Source: an uncultured delta proteobacterium
GTDB taxonomy: Bacteria; Desulfobacterota; Binatia; Binatales; Binataceae
Reading direction: 5' to 3'
DNA length: 64,000 nucleotides
Assembly (NCBI GenBank): GCA_963842085.1
Contig: CAWJET010000002.1
Coordinates: 1,622,507-1,686,506, forward strand
Within the stretch, counting starts at the first letter, position 1, and every line of letters starts with the position of its first letter. Below are positions 63,292 through 64,000 of this stretch, in pieces. The notes beneath the pieces are model-generated. The model was not told the origin of the DNA and made no database searches. It saw nothing but the letters and a program-made list of their open reading frames with translations. The position numbers and the translations under genes were made by a program.

Positions 63292-64000
63292 CGCGCAGGC
63301 CTTGCATCCCGTCGCACGCCGATGCGCCGCGTCGGCTCGATGCCGATCAGCCGGGCGAGGTTCTCACCGAAGATCTTGCGCCGGTCCTCGTCCGTGATCG
63401 CCGGGTACCCGTAATCGCGTTGCATGTCCTCGGGGATCTGGAAGTCGCGCAGGCCGCGGACCGCGGCCGCGATCTGCACGCCGAAGCCGGCGTAGTCCGT
63501 CCCCCAAATGATCCGTTCCGGTCCGACGAAACGCAGTGCCTCTCCAATGATGCGTGCGAACTTTCGCGGCGCCGACAGTGCCCATGGGATCAGCAGCGAG
63601 AGGCACGGGTAGACGTTCGGATGTCCGAGCGCCACCATGTTGAGGTCGTCACAGTAGGGATAGCCCATGTGAAACGCGACGAGCTTCAGCTCCGGGAAAT
63701 CGCGGGCCACGTCGTCGAGCAGAATGGGCAGCGCGTACTTGCTCTTCCCCGGCGGGACCCAGGAGAAGCCGGTGTGGATATCGAGCACGATCCGCAGCTC
63801 TTCCGCCTTGGTGTAGAATGGCCACAGATCGGGATCGTTGATGTACGTATCTTCCGGCGGATAGAACTTGAAGATGCGTGCACCCTTTTCCTTCACCCAA
63901 TACTCCAGCTCCCAAATTGCGTTCTTCACGCCGCGGAATTTGATCGGTGAGATGTTGGGCTCGTACAGGAATCGATTAGGATGCCTGTCAACCACGGCGG
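63288..64000 (-). CDS. Amidohydrolase family protein (5' end beyond window)
   Basis: KFYP, DIHTG, FHMGYP, IIWGTDY, FGENLAR. Confidence 0.9.
   Translation of the reverse strand, partial: AVVDRHPNRFLYEPNISPIKFRGVKNAIWELEYWVKEKGARIFKFYPPEDTYINDPDLWPFYTKAEELRIVLDIHTGFSWVPPGKSKYALPILLDDVARDFPELKLVAFHMGYPYCDDLNMVALGHPNVYPCLSLLIPWALSAPRKFARIIGEALRFVGPERIIWGTDYAGFGVQIAAAVRGLRDFQIPEDMQRDYGYPAITDEDRRKIFGENLARLIGIEPTRRIGVRRDARPAR

Overview
GC-rich bacterial window. The gene content (DUF1329, small 'MNPRHAAALALVGWYLM...CIATDDPRL' proteins) suggests a Binatota-like soil bacterium; this is an inference. It has three parts. (1) 2.5-24.7 kb is the most unusual. A tightly coupled operon with a putative sigma-54 promoter encodes one FeS beta subunit, two tandem ethylbenzene-dehydrogenase-like (DMSO reductase type II) molybdoenzyme alpha subunits without Tat signals, three adenylate-forming-enzyme homologues, a U32 FeS protein, a membrane protein, MoaA, DUF1329 and a divergent MqnC-like radical SAM enzyme. 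No gamma or delta subunit gene is present. It converges on a Rieske / beta-propeller / cytochrome b / multiheme cytochrome c / flavoprotein operon, which is headed by a collapsed remnant of a second copy of the molybdoenzyme operon. (2) About 24.7-61.2 kb is a degraded, IS-rich accessory region. It contains IS5, IS21, IS3, two IS110/IS1111 elements, IS630, a MITE and tandem DUF2924-serine recombinase modules. It also carries stress genes with putative sigma-54 promoters, a Trp-rich repeat protein and an array of small secreted proteins with constant ends. (3) 61.5-64 kb holds lactonase, SDR and amidohydrolase genes. Many single-base frameshifts may be real decay or assembly errors. All product calls come from motif recognition by eye; no searches were run.
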